DNA from: Tubulanus polymorphus
Lineage: Eukaryota > Animalia > Nemertea
Reading direction: 5' to 3'
Length of the DNA stretch: 64,000 bases
Assembly: GCF_964204645.1 (NCBI RefSeq)
Contig: NC_134029.1
Span: 3,162,001 to 3,226,000, forward strand
The position numbers and the translations under genes are program-made. The notes under the pieces were generated by a model that saw nothing but the letters and a program-made list of their open reading frames with translations, ran no database searches and had not been told where the DNA came from. Of this stretch, positions 1 to 44,400 are shown in pieces (position 1 is the first letter of the stretch; each line of letters starts with the position of its first letter).

Positions 1-377
1 TAAAAACCAATCACACAAAAATCCAGTTACTTTCCCCATAAACGGCAACTTAGAAGTTTTTATCTTCTAAAAAGTAAGGGTGAAATTTCAAACTCCTTGC
101 ATATACAGAATTTCTGATATGTTGACTGTCACGAGGTTCTGTTGTCGCAGCAATGAATACTGTGGGCGGCTGATTTTCTGGCCGATCAATTCATATACGA
201 AATACGATATCAACCACTGAAATTCCTAAAGGGCGATTTTGTATAAATTATGAGCATCATCCGATAAAATGCCACACGAGACGACTGACTTGTCCCGCTG
301 TTGAATACATTTCACAGTTTCGCTTTACATAATCCAGATTAAACCTGGGGGAAATACGTAAGCGAGAATAGAGAAAG

Positions 378-446
378 AGAGTGAGAGGAGAGAGGGAGCG
401 AGTGAGAGGAGAGAGGGAGCGAGTGAGAGGAGAGAGGGAGCGAGTG
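378..446. repeat. 21-bp purine-rich tandem repeat (GAGTGAGAGGAGAGAGGGAGC), about 3 copies
   Basis: Directly visible. Confidence 0.85.
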
Positions 447-599
447 CGTGCAGGGTAATCATGGAAATCCATTTCTTTACGCGTGAATACCAGTTTAGAC
501 AAACGCTTAGCCGACAACTCACTCAGCTGAACAACATTCAGTAATTGACTTCCATTCGGGATCGGGCTGAAAAAATTAATTCACACTACACATGGGTTG

Positions 600-601
<2 letters not shown>

Positions 602-668
<67 letters not shown>
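602..668. repeat. (TA)n microsatellite
   Basis: Directly visible. Confidence 0.98.
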
Positions 669-671
<3 letters not shown>

Positions 672-3600
672 CCTGCCATCAAGCTGTTCAATCAAAAGTA
701 TATTTACTATTCACTAACTATTCAATTTTCAATTGGTCCAGGAACACAGTTGTGACCTTTTTATATGCGCAGTTGTGCATCCTTGAATCTGAGTGTCAGA
801 TCCCTATCAGTTTACAGCGAGCACCGACAAAAAACAATAGGGAGCAATTGAGGGAGTATTGAGGGCGCAAGAGGGGCATGGAAGGGGGAGTGAGAGGAAA
901 GTGAAGGAAGCGTAACCCTCACCTAATCATTTCAAAAGCAGCCAAGAGATTGAAATGGTGGTAATGACTCGAGGGAATCAGTCGCTGCATCTCTTTGTTC
1001 GAGGTAAGTCCGTGTCATGTAACTCGTAACTCATTCTACCCGACGCACACACACACACACTCGTGATCACCTCTGTGATCGCCGAGATAAATACTTTAAT
1101 AGACCTACGTGGAAACTTGATACACCGGACAAATGAAACCGGCAAATTGTTCGGTATTTATGTAGCGAAAGAAAATACAAAGATACAGTAGATTGAGTGA
1201 CACCGATAACAGCCTGAATAAAGGACACCATTTATATCCTCGGATGAAAACCAGTGAAGTTGAAAAAAAAAATCCTTACAAATTAGTTTAAACAGCCTCA
1301 ACACCGAAACACGACTACGCAATATCAGACACCGTCGGTAAACATTGAAACGTTGTATGCCGAATGTTCGCGAATAAATCGGCCCCTCGAGAACTTACGA
1401 GCAGCTATAAACGACAAGACGCAGCGTAAAATAACCGAACACATAAATATAAACAGAGGGGGGGGGGCTGCAACAAATATCTTATATAAGCAACAAAAAC
1501 ATGTTTGATGTCGTAACCAAGCGGTTAGTTAGGGATGACAATATTTGCGGCGCTTCGTTTGACGGGAGCGAAATTCTGAGAAATCGACAGTAATCCGATG
1601 ATGTTTACGCGGCTGCGCACCTCTAGTCACGCACGGGCCAAAAAAAACTGAAACGGATGATGGTTCTAACCGCGCGAGCGAGGAGCGAGAGAAAGAGAGT
1701 AGTCTATACATGTAGTTCACGATACGCATCTATCATTCGCCGTATGTCACCAGGGAAATCCACTTCTGATCCAGATTGATGCAAACTCAGCCCGCGTACG
1801 ACAAAAGCGACGAAAAATAACCTGGCAATCAAATCTACATCATTTGATTGCATCACGACTGCGCACTAGTCATTCTGCCGCCTCACCAGTCGGCACCAGT
1901 CGGCACCGGTCGGCACTGGTCCGTACCGGTCTCGACGGGTTTCAACGTTCTCTTCGGTTGTAATAAACGCGGCGTCGAACTATTTACTATCATCCGCAGG
2001 TTCGCCTCGGGATTCAGTACTGTTTTCTGTGTGAACCTCGATGAAGCGCAGATGTCCAATTATTTCTCATCAATTAATTAGAGCGATTGAAGAAAAGCCT
2101 TTTATGCGACATCTGAACAACGCAGGGTTTTATTAATATCGGAAACAACATGCGACTCCGCGTGACTGAACTATTCGATGTTTGAACATTATAAACATCG
2201 ACTCAAACATTGCAATCAGCGTGGTCGCCACATACCACCAATTTAGTGGTACCACATACCACCAACTGAGTTTTCCCTGACCTTTCTGATTCCCTGGCTT
2301 TCCAGGTTTTCCAGGTCAGTGGCGCCACCCTGAAGCAATATTTCGGCAGTGCGATATCATTTTTTTTAAACTGTCCAATCCAAAAAAGAATATTCGCTAA
2401 AATCAGCTCCTTGACACATTTTTGAAGTTTTCGAATGAAATCTAGAAGATGCTGCGATCAATTTTGTCGATGTTGCAAATCTACGTATCCCCCCGGGGCC
2501 CATTGTCATCGTTAAGAAAGATCAACGCGAAATTTCGGCGGCGCAATAGCCGTTTTCAAAAACCGACTTTGCAATCGGAAATCAGCTTAGACAAGGTCAT
2601 TAGCGAGGAATTACTGGTCTGAAAATTGCGCGCTGAATGAATTAACCGGTAACCAGCGGGGTCTTTGCGCAGATCAATGCGCTTAATAGCCATATCAGCA
2701 GAGATTAGACGAGCGCGTAGAAAGCAAAACGTTCGTCTGCCTCTATAGCTTCGTGCCAATATGTTTTATGGATTCTGCTTTAGTACGTCCTCTAATACCC
2801 GATACACCCGCGATTGATAGAAATATCCGATTGACTCGCAGGATGATATCACTCCGATATCCCAGACGGAGACGAGTGAAATAAGGGTCAGACGTCAGTT
2901 TATCGATATAATACAGTTACAGATACTGGAGACGTTTGACTGAAGGGTCATTTCGAGTTAATCGATCGCTGTATTGACACTAACTCCTCACTCGCCAGGG
3001 GTGAATAAGTCCGTGTGGCTGCGATCAACTCTTTGTAAAGGAATGTTCAACTGGCAACGCATTCTATCATGGTGACTGGCTGGCCACTTTATAACCATTT
3101 ACAAATTCCAAGAGTTTTCTCTGATTTTTTCTAGATCTTTTTTGATTGCCTTTGAGTTTTCCAGGGTTTCCAGGTCTGTGGCCACCCGTTTGTAAAGCTG
3201 AATTCATACAATTGCGGCAAATGTTCGACAAATGTTCGACAAATCTTCAAAGCTCTCTCGGGAGATGAGAAACATTTCATTGAAATAATATACACGCAGC
3301 CACCAAAACATGACGCCTGATTCAGAATGAACTCCGGCAGACAGAGAGAGAGAGAGAGGGAACGAGAGACGGGCGGATAATCAGTCTGACAGTCGGCACT
3401 AATTGTCTCATCACGATGCGTCTGCTGTCTCTGTATAACCCGATCAGCATCTGAAACAAGCCATTACCAGTAAACCCCACCGTCGCCCTGTACAACAACA
3501 TGACACGCTTGAATTATATCGAAATCTTTTACGAAAATATAAATGATCGAAGTCTTTTCATTTTTTAATTGATGGCGACTGAGGCAGCAGATATTTGACT

Positions 3601-3881
3601 ACACGGAGACAGATCTATGTCCGGTGATATTATGTAAATCCATTAGGCTTATTAACTATCAATCATCAACCAGTAACACAATGTAAACATGAGTTTCTTG
3701 CCCGAGATCCGCCGTCCATTTCCTCTGAACTACTCAAACTGAACGAGTAGAGCAGCAATACTCCATTTGTCACACAACTACTCACAACTACTGATCACCG
3801 TATAAACATGGTTGAGCATCGAGTTCACGTTTCAGTTTTATATAACAAACTCACATCAAACCGATCACTACCACATTCAAA

Positions 3882-4077
3882 ATATCCTTACTCCATCCCT
3901 CTATGCCAACATATCCTTACTCCATCCCTCCATGTCACCATATCCTTACTCCATCCCTCCATGTCAACATATCGTTACTCCATCCCTCCATGTCAACATA
4001 TCCTTACTCCATCCCTCCATGTCAACATATCGTTACTCCATCCCTCCATGTCAACATATCCTTACTCCATCCCTCCA
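3882..4077. repeat. 29-bp minisatellite (ATATCCTTACTCCATCCCTCCATGTCAAC), about 6.7 copies
   Basis: Units start at 3882, 3911, 3940 and so on; accounts for the three overlapping ORFs. Confidence 0.95.
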
Positions 4078-4386
4078 GTCCAAGGTATGCTCCCCTATCC
4101 CTCAACAGATCATATAAAGTATATGATAGTTTGTTCGCAAAATTTTTTATCTCCTACCAAGGCATGACATTTTTACCTAGAACCTTGCGGGACAAATAAA
4201 TTTTCTGTGAAGCAAGCGAAGTGATAATCACAGGCAGTCGTAATCTAATAACTGTGGATCACTTAATTACTTATGAAGATTTTTTTTTCATTAAGAAATA
4301 CACGAGAGCCATAAACCACACATTGATTGAAAATGACACCAGTTTCTGGTGATGAACTATTTGAGACTGATAGAAATCATACGTAC

Positions 4387-35427
<31,041 letters not shown>

Positions 35428-36364
35428 GTCAAATGATAATTTCACTTTCTCTTCATATCTACATAGATTCACACAATCGGGGACCAAAATGTCACCGTTA
35501 TCGCAGTTTGTGATAATTTTTTCGCTTTTTTCTCAAGTCTCTATCGCAGTTTCAGCTGCTGTCCCAATATGGAATAGAGTCGAGTTCTTGTCTCCCGTCT
35601 TCTACATTTTGACGCTCGATAAAAATAAATTGAATCGGTGAAACCCGTTCACTTTCACGCGGATGATTGTCCTATATACAAATAACCCATTCGATGGGTT
35701 TATCCGCGAAAATTTCCCGAAACCGCGAAATAAATCGACATTTATTAGAGAGTTTCTATCCACCACCAGTGAGTAAATCTAGGATATTATTTACAGATGT
35801 TAATTTGTTGTATATTCATCCGCGGTTCAACTTTTTCCGCTGCCTGCGATTCAATTCGGTTCTGTCTCTCCTCAAAATACCCGTCAACGCGAATTTTACT
35901 GGATTATTTAATGAAATAAGGGTTTATCAATGGATTTCGAATTGTAAAACGAATTCTGGTCCACGTATCTCTCAACAGGAAGGGTACGAGTTTTGTTCGG
36001 ATGGGTTTCCGACATGGGTAATTCGGTTCGATGTGGCAATACAAACTGCAGGTGGCAGCACTAGACGGCAATTTGTGTTTGGTTTCACTTATTCCATTTG
36101 AGACTTATATCTAGGTCTATATGTTAATATGTGCCTTTTCAATTCGAATATCACTACAATCGTTGCGTACTTGTACCCGGTATTTAGAAATGATTTTAAA
36201 TTTTAATACAAAACCGCATAACCAAAATGCAGCAATAACTGAAATCCATCGTTTACGAAAGACGAAAAAAGAATAACTCCCAAAGAAAACAAACAGAAAT
36301 ACTCTATACAAAGTTTTATTAAGAACTTTTAATCATATTTCCGTTCACACATTATGATGGAAGG

Positions 36365-36431
36365 GTAGTACAGTACGGTACAGTACAGTACGGTGGGTAA
36401 GGGTAGGGTAGGGTAGGGTAGGGTAGGGTAG
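36365..36431. repeat. (CAGTA)n followed by (GGGTA)n pentamer repeats
   Basis: Directly visible; the GGGTA run could form a G-quadruplex. Confidence 0.85.
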
Positions 36432-36545
36432 ATATGCTATGATAATGAAAATACTACTAACACACATCTAAACTACAGTTAACTACAGATGTGTCAATAT
36501 TGTATGAAGGGTTAACAGCCTTAGCGACCATCTTATGTTCAAAGA

Positions 36546-36645
36546 CAGTGGAACCCGCTTAAATTAAACATCATGCTTTACATAAATTTATGTATAGGTG
36601 GACCATATATATCTAAAACTGATTGGGAATAAGCGGGTTTGACTG
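36546..36645. mobile_element. Degenerate pogo/Tigger-type MITE
   Basis: cagtggaacccgctta / taagcgggtttgactg inverted repeat. Confidence 0.5.
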
Positions 36646-38298
36646 TAAATTCTAAATTCATTTTTGATGCAATTAGTGAAAATTCAATTGTGCTTTAAAT
36701 TCATTCTCAAAGATCCTTCATACATCTAGTCAGAATTCAAATATAATCACTGGCCGATATATTGCAAATTACCAATGGTTTTATTCGTAGACTTTAAGTT
36801 TATTGTAATTAATAATCCAGACATTCTTATATTCACAAATGAGTCTCGCCATTGGTACCTTAGTTGTGTTTTAAAAATAAAACGTACGAATCTAGCACAC
36901 AACAAAATGGATGAGGATAATAAATAAGTTCATGCAATTATTGATAAAAAAAACATTCTTTATCCTACTGATGCATTATATCTAGATCATTAGCCCCGAA
37001 AAGAACAATGAAAATTGAAATGAATATGCAATTAGAGGTGATTTCAATAAGCCAGATTTCAGAGGGAGTACCAACACGTAGTATCTGCCAGGGAACTGAC
37101 ACTAAACCACGTTTGCCATTAGATCTACTTCATACACAGTTTTACCAATATTGCTTTCAAAACTGAATACAATTGAAAAGATGATGGATACACGATTCCT
37201 AATGCTAATGCATCATAGTCTACTCAGCCAAGTTAAATTAAGACAATTTTCATTCTTAATGGTAATTGAGAACTTTAGCAACTAAATCACAAATTTAGAG
37301 CTTGTTTCGTGAAAATGGTGCCTAGCTGATGCTCTATTCACAAAAACTGAAGTCAGGTGGTTTGTGAATTAAGGCCAGTTGTAATTGAACGTATTCTGGC
37401 TGCTTCTATCAGGTTTACAGATAATGATGCTACTCCAGAATAGGTAGAGCATATTCTGGTCAAAATGAATGCGCTGAGGCCAATTGAAAGCTGTCTAAGC
37501 CATATTCTTAGTACAGTATTTTCGTGTCAAAGGCAAAATTTCATTAGAAAACTTCAGTATCAAACCATCTTTATAGTAATGCACCAAATAGAAATAAAAT
37601 ATGGGTAGTTGTATATATAAACATAGTTCCATATACAGTATATAAAATAACATTTCGACAACAGTCAGTCACATGGATAGTCGGCTATATATAATATATA
37701 ACTATTTACATAGAAAACAGAAGAACATCGAATTAAAAGATGCCTAAAATGCATTTATCTTTTTTTTTTTTACACATGATAATGACACCTCTCGGGTTAT
37801 ATCCAAACAATACAGCGGAATTAAGTGTCAAAAAAAAAATAAAAACTCAATTTCTCTTTAAAAATGTTCGACTCAAACGCGAATGTAGATATCTCCAATA
37901 GCGCGACTAGGAGAGAAATACAACCTGGTTTTGATTCATTTGCGTCGCGGTTATTAAACATAATTCTATGAGAAACTAATGAAAAAGTTTACATCGGGAA
38001 ATGATTTGACCATTTTTCGTAAACGTTCGTGTTACTGGTCAATATCTGCTTGATTTCGTTAGTCACATCTACACGACAGGCATCAGCATGGAATACGTGA
38101 CCTCGAGTATCTCGTGACGTTCAATCCCTTTCCTTTTCTACTGATTTTTGCTGCCCTCGTTTGTGTAGATGTGGCAGACTGATCAGTCTGTCTAGTGGTG
38201 CCACCAATTGCACCATGGATGAACTACGTCACACTTGCTGCCATGTAATAATACATCACGCACGCCACTAGCAGTAAACTATTCCACTACATTCTCAC

Positions 38299-38303
<5 letters not shown>

Positions 38304-38337
<34 letters not shown>
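38304..38337. repeat. (CT)n microsatellite in the GLYR1 3' region
   Basis: Directly visible. Confidence 0.9.
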
Positions 38338-38339
<2 letters not shown>

Positions 38340-38453
38340 AAGAAACTCTTCTCAGTATTGTTAGTTTCGGCGAATGAATGAATTTACAATGATGAATAAT
38401 AACTCCGCTAGTGTTCGTTCGCTAGTCGCCCAGTTAGCACTTCAATATTTCAT

Positions 38454-41400
38454 TTAGAACATGGCTGCCTTGTAAACTGCGCTGGTGTCGTTTTCACCAT
38501 ACCCCATAGCTTTTGCTTTCTTGAACAACTGCAATTAAAACAATTTCATAAAGAACACTTAAAAAATTCCTTCAAAAATTGGTAAAATTAGAGAGTGCAG
38601 AGACATGGTATTGAATGAACAGTATGTGCTTAAATTCCCAAACTAAGAATGAAAAAGAAAATTCCTGAAGATGACTACTTACTACTAACAATTAGGATAT
38701 AATCATAACGTTGAGTAAACTACTAGCTCACAGAAATATTTTCAGACTTTATTTTTCATTCTGAGCGTGGGATTTCTTTATACGGTATTATCGAAATGCA
38801 GTAATCATCTATTACTGACCTCATTTGCTGCTGCACAAACTACTAATGGTTGTTCGACTGTGTCACTCATGTGTAAGGCCAAGCGGAGATCTTTTTGTTG
38901 ATGTTGTAACGCCAAATTTGGGTCGAAATCTTCGATCATCATCGCTGCAAAAAAAATAAGCGAGTTATAATTAAAAACATTCAACGACCTATTTGGATAT
39001 TGGTAGTTCTTAATCAGTGAAACTATGTCAAATCGAATCTATAACTACCAACGGAACCCAGTTTTTTGTTTAGTTGTGTATTTTTTTGTAAGTGTATAAT
39101 AATATCTATGGATACCTAGTACACGTTATTTTAGGGGTTCTGTGTGAGTTGATGTACATTATGTCATCAATATTGGCATTTCAAAACAATTGTGGAATTT
39201 GGCGTTTATTTTGTAGTTCAATATTCACCAGTATTTCATTTGTCTTATCGTATATTTGATAAATCTTAATTTTTCTTTTTGGAGAGGATGTGCACTACAT
39301 CATCAATATATCAAATCTAGTTTGGTTGGCAGTCAGGGTTAGGTTCAATTCAATTATCAATATTGAAATCCAAAATCACTTCATTGATCCGTAATACTAT
39401 ATGATTCATATTATTCATTGTCGACAATATTAACCAACATTCATACGTTTTTTTTCAAGGCGTCAATAAACCTTCAAGTTAGTTTTCTAGTATATACCTT
39501 GTCCTTTAGTTCGGGTTAACGGACTGGATAGTGATGACAACGCTAACACTTCAAGTAGATCTTCCTGTTTAATACCGATACGGTCCGCTAATGCCATACC
39601 CTCGGCTAAACCACTGGTCATTACACCGGCTATAGACGATACACATAATCTCATACGAGCTCCATTTCCAACATCACCTAAAAGAAATATCATTATATCA
39701 GCAATCATTTCAACTCAATTCGCAGTGAATCGGTCTTAAGTAAGCGTTTCTCTTGACTTCTAAGTCTCGACTGGGCACATGGGCCCAAATTCCCGACGTT
39801 AGGCTAAAACTAAACAAAATCTAATCAATAGGTTCGATGGGTTTGAAGCAGTGCTCTGAAAATTTTTGCTGCTATAATCAATAACTACAGTGAAATTTCG
39901 TTATAACAAGCCCAGATAGTTTCAAATCGCTATTAAGCCCAGATAGTTTCAAATCGCTATTAAGCCCAGATAGTTTCAAATCGCTATTAAGCCCAGATAG
40001 TTTCAAATCGCTATTAAGCCCAGATAGTTTCAAATCGCTATTAAATTTCTTTCTGCAGCTATCCAACTCGTAATCAATCAAACGAAATATTTTCAGCATT
40101 ACTTTATGCACAGAAATGAATATTGACGATTCAATGGATGATGTACTCACCGAGATATAGTGATTTTTTCGACATTGATTCGAAGCATGAGTAGCAGTCG
40201 TCGTATAAAGATTTATCACCGGCTGCTAAAATGATCAGTTCACCGTCGAGAGCTGGCTGTCTGCTACCACAAACCGGAGCTTCGAGGAACCGTCCTCCGC
40301 GCGCAGTTATTGCCTTAAAAACAAGTCATACAACACCAGGTATAATAGAGTACTAACAATCACAATCATAGACGTGATCACTCAAGAGTTATTGAGCAGT
40401 GACCTGGACAAACTGTTCACGCTGATGCCTACTGGATGCATCAAATAAGTAAAATCATTCTGCGTAAATGCTATCTGATTCTGGAATTGAATCACCTCAC
40501 ATGCTGCAGTATCGTTTTGATAGTATCTGCATTTTAGTAACGAGTGAGAGATCTACTTTTGAACGCACTCTGCAATTAAGCACGGGCCAAATCTGACTCG
40601 GGTCCGGTGTGGGCCAATTTGACCAGGGCCAAATCATCTCCCTGCGATCGCGGCATATGAGGGCTAGAGCATCACTATATCAAATCTATATCCTCAAAAT
40701 TCTAGTTGACTTACCTGATAAATATCTGTAACAGTTTCTACATCAACAGTCGACATATCGACGTATGATTTACCTGGTCGTATATTGTTTAAAATACCAT
40801 TATTGCCAAACACCATCTGAATGAATAAATTATAGAAAGTTACAGACACAATAAATGAATGTCTGATGGCTGTAAATTATATCTCACAGTTATAGTTTAT
40901 CAATAACTGATTTTAAATTATTGATATCATTTTCAACATTATTTCTTAAACAGTTTGCTTACAAACTGGGGCATTACGGTTTACCAATGGATAGTGACAG
41001 AGTAATAACTAAAACAGCATTTTGCTATGGTATATACATGTATTTGGTAGTTTACTTTAACCAAATTAGGCCCCTAGATCCAGTTACACTGTTACAGTTT
41101 AAAATTTGACTCATAAGTTTAAACATTTCAAATGAACTAATTTCAACTCTATCGGATCAAACTACAAGGAAAACTGGCCCTAGTGATCAATCGAAACCTG
41201 TACGTACATCTTTCACAGCGACCGGGTCGGAAACGCAAGAGAACGTTATGTCACATGATTGCACGACTTCAGCTGCGTTCAAACCTTTCAACGCTCCGAC
41301 TTTCACGAAATCTCGACACTGAAAATAATAGAAACAACGCTGATATAATATTGAATCATTAGAATCCATTTTAACTACAGTTGCGAGTTTCATGTATAGT

Positions 41401-44400
41401 GGAATCTTCATATTTCTTCACATCGTTTTTTACTATGTTTCACTGTAAAAAAGACACTGCAGTTAAATACATCATCAAATTTTTTTGCAAATACGGTACA
41501 TTGTAGTATTTTGTGAAAGTTTTCACATGTTTTTTGAAAATTTGTTCACTTTTCACTGAAATTACAATATCTCCTCGTCTATTTGTTACTAAATGTATGG
41601 AGATGATTTTCTATGAAATATCCACGCTTGTGAGAGTTTATCATTGATTAGACGGCCTACCCTCCCCGCGGCGGAGAATGAACTCAACCGAATACTGCAA
41701 GCTGTTATCCCTGTAACTGCATCAGAAAATCCAATAATACCAGCCAGGCTAGAACATCAACGAATAGCGCTTTGAGAGGATAAATTCACAACACTGAGAG
41801 TAGAATAGAACCTTCAAACCATTCCTACAACACACTGCGTGGATGGAATAGACCTCCATTAAACAGGTAAGACTCAATACTAACTGTTACATGTGGTAAC
41901 AAATTGAAATAGGTAGTATTGTCGATTCATTATTCAGCAGAAATATAGCACAAATATCTTCACATCGAATATATTACAGAAACGGGTAAATATATATCAG
42001 CATCTACCGAGATCTCGCTGAGACCCAGCTGTTTACCTGGATTGATGCCAATAATAAATATATACCGCTCACGTGGGATATATGATAATGATAAAATAAG
42101 CCGGCGTATTAGCACGATTCTGGGAGACTGGAAAAAAATTACTACCAATCAATCATGGTATATGTCAAAAAGCGCAGCATGAAAGCAGGTGTTGCAAGGG
42201 TTGTAGAATTGTCAATAAACTGGGGTAGGCAAATTGATAGTTTGAAATTATGTTTAAAAAGACCTGCAGTAGTGAAGATTTAACAACCAATCATCTGATA
42301 TTCCTCAAATATTTATATATTTGAAAAAAAAGTGAATTTATTACCCGGAATATCAGGTTTAGTAGGTTTAGTAGGGTTAGGTTAACAGATTTTTGTGGTT
42401 AATACTTCAATATTGCGGGTTCTGAAGTTGATGGGTCATCATCATCATCACTTCAATACACTAGAACAGATAACAATGGTTCTATTGATGTCGCGAAAGG
42501 TTCCTAAACTCGCACACCAAACGGGTGTCCTGTTTCCCCTTTCATCCGAGAATAATGGTTTAACCCAGGCGATGATGATTGCCATTCGGCTCATATTAGA
42601 AGCATGTGACACATGGTACAAAGTACGAGCGCCGAACTGAACATATACACACATACACTTTAAACCACAGGGATTGGAGGTGCAAGATCTCTAACCATTA
42701 ACGAAATCATTCCCCGAGCCACTATTCCGATTCAGAGACTTTTACCATGTAAGTACAAGAATTCATGATTATACCAGGATCGATTTATTTCGAAGGGGCT
42801 CTTATTATGTCGGTGTAGTAAAGAATTCGTGATTATCAATAGAATGTAATATTGATAATAAGGCCGTGTATGTGGATGCTTACATTAGAAGTCGATCAGT
42901 ACGAACTAATAAATGGACTGACACCAAATTACGAATAAAATGACACATTTACGTGTTATCAGCGTTCACGCAGAATCTGTGTCAAAATATTCCACATTCA
43001 GTCGTTACCATAGCTACATACAATGAAGTATCGGATATTCGAAGATTCGTTTTGTCAAAAATGTTTTTTTTTCGTCATCGTCGGTTGTCGATAATTCACG
43101 ACCCTGGATATACGTAAACAAGTTTATTCTGCATCAAAATTGGCAACGTTTAGCGAAGAACTGTTTTAAAATCGATCTATACCGGGTAAATACATCTTAA
43201 AACAACCGCGCCCAACAACGATATCACAAACAGTGTAATAATGAGCTTTAACTTGTCGCGATAAAATGAAAATATCGATTAACTTTAAAATGAAATGAAC
43301 CCCGAAACTAAGAATGAAATAATGAGTAAGGAATGTGTTGATATCATGGTTTCGACATTATCCTTATAGTCATCTTCAGTAATACTAAAGAGTGGCCACT
43401 TGAAAGAATGACATGCTTTTACCCTGACTATTCCCTGACATGCACGTTGTTTTCCCTGAATCGATCTGCTAATAATCCAATCAATAAATACAGTCAAGTA
43501 CGTAAGGCATGGACAGAAACTCTTTGATTATATACAATCCAAGCATTCTCAATACATTTCCCCGACTTTTCTCAGATTTCCACATTGAATAAACTATTTA
43601 ACATGTATATTTTTGGGTTCATTTTAGATTATCATGGACAAAACCTAGAATGTAAATTATTGAAGAGGGAGGAGTCTGTCAACTATTCAAACAATGCCTA
43701 CAGCGCTGCTTAGCTACCGAATAGTGCCTATCGCGATGCCGATCAAAAACTTCATCTCCGTATTTGTACCGACCCTTGTTGCAATGTTCTATATTTGTAC
43801 AATGATGAATCCAGCGACTGCCGCAGCTACGAGCAGCTGCGACGGACCGTGTCGATGTGAAGGTCGCGTGGTTACCTGCGATAACGCGGCATTTACGAGC
43901 GTACCTAACGACCTTCCCGCCGATCTCAAAACTCTGCGTATAACGCGCAGTCGACTGACGACGATCGACGGCATCGACGTCTATAAACACATCACCGAAC
44001 TGACGCTGATCGCTAATGACATACGCGCTTTATCGGAGCGTTCGTTCCAAAACAATATTCATCTCGAATCGGTGAATTTAAAACAAAACCAACTGCAGAT
44101 GTTCGATACATCGGTATTGAGCGGATTACCGAATTTACGCGACCTTGACCTAAGTTTCAACGAGATAAACCGCATCGAGATAGGATCGTCGTCGACTGGC
44201 TGGCCGGTCGGAAATCAGATCCGCCGTTTGAAATTACGAGGTAATAAACTCGAAACGATCGAATCGTCGTTTCTAAATGGTTTACGCCACGTCGAATATA
44301 TTGATCTCAGCGCGAACGTAATCGCGACTATTCACAATCGCACATTCACGTCGTCATCGTTGATCGAGGTCGATCTAAGCGCGAACCGCCTCAAAGCATT

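Noticed and set aside
3808-4199. Three overlapping ORFs
   Set aside because: A stop-free 29-bp minisatellite read in rotating frames.
35667-36101. 144-aa ORF near the AFF promoter
   Set aside because: Non-ATG start, no motif, antisense to the probable 5'UTR.
39878-40219. ORF with NSDLKLSGL repeats
   Set aside because: Intronic 27-bp repeat; it overlaps the true GLYR1 exon in a different frame.
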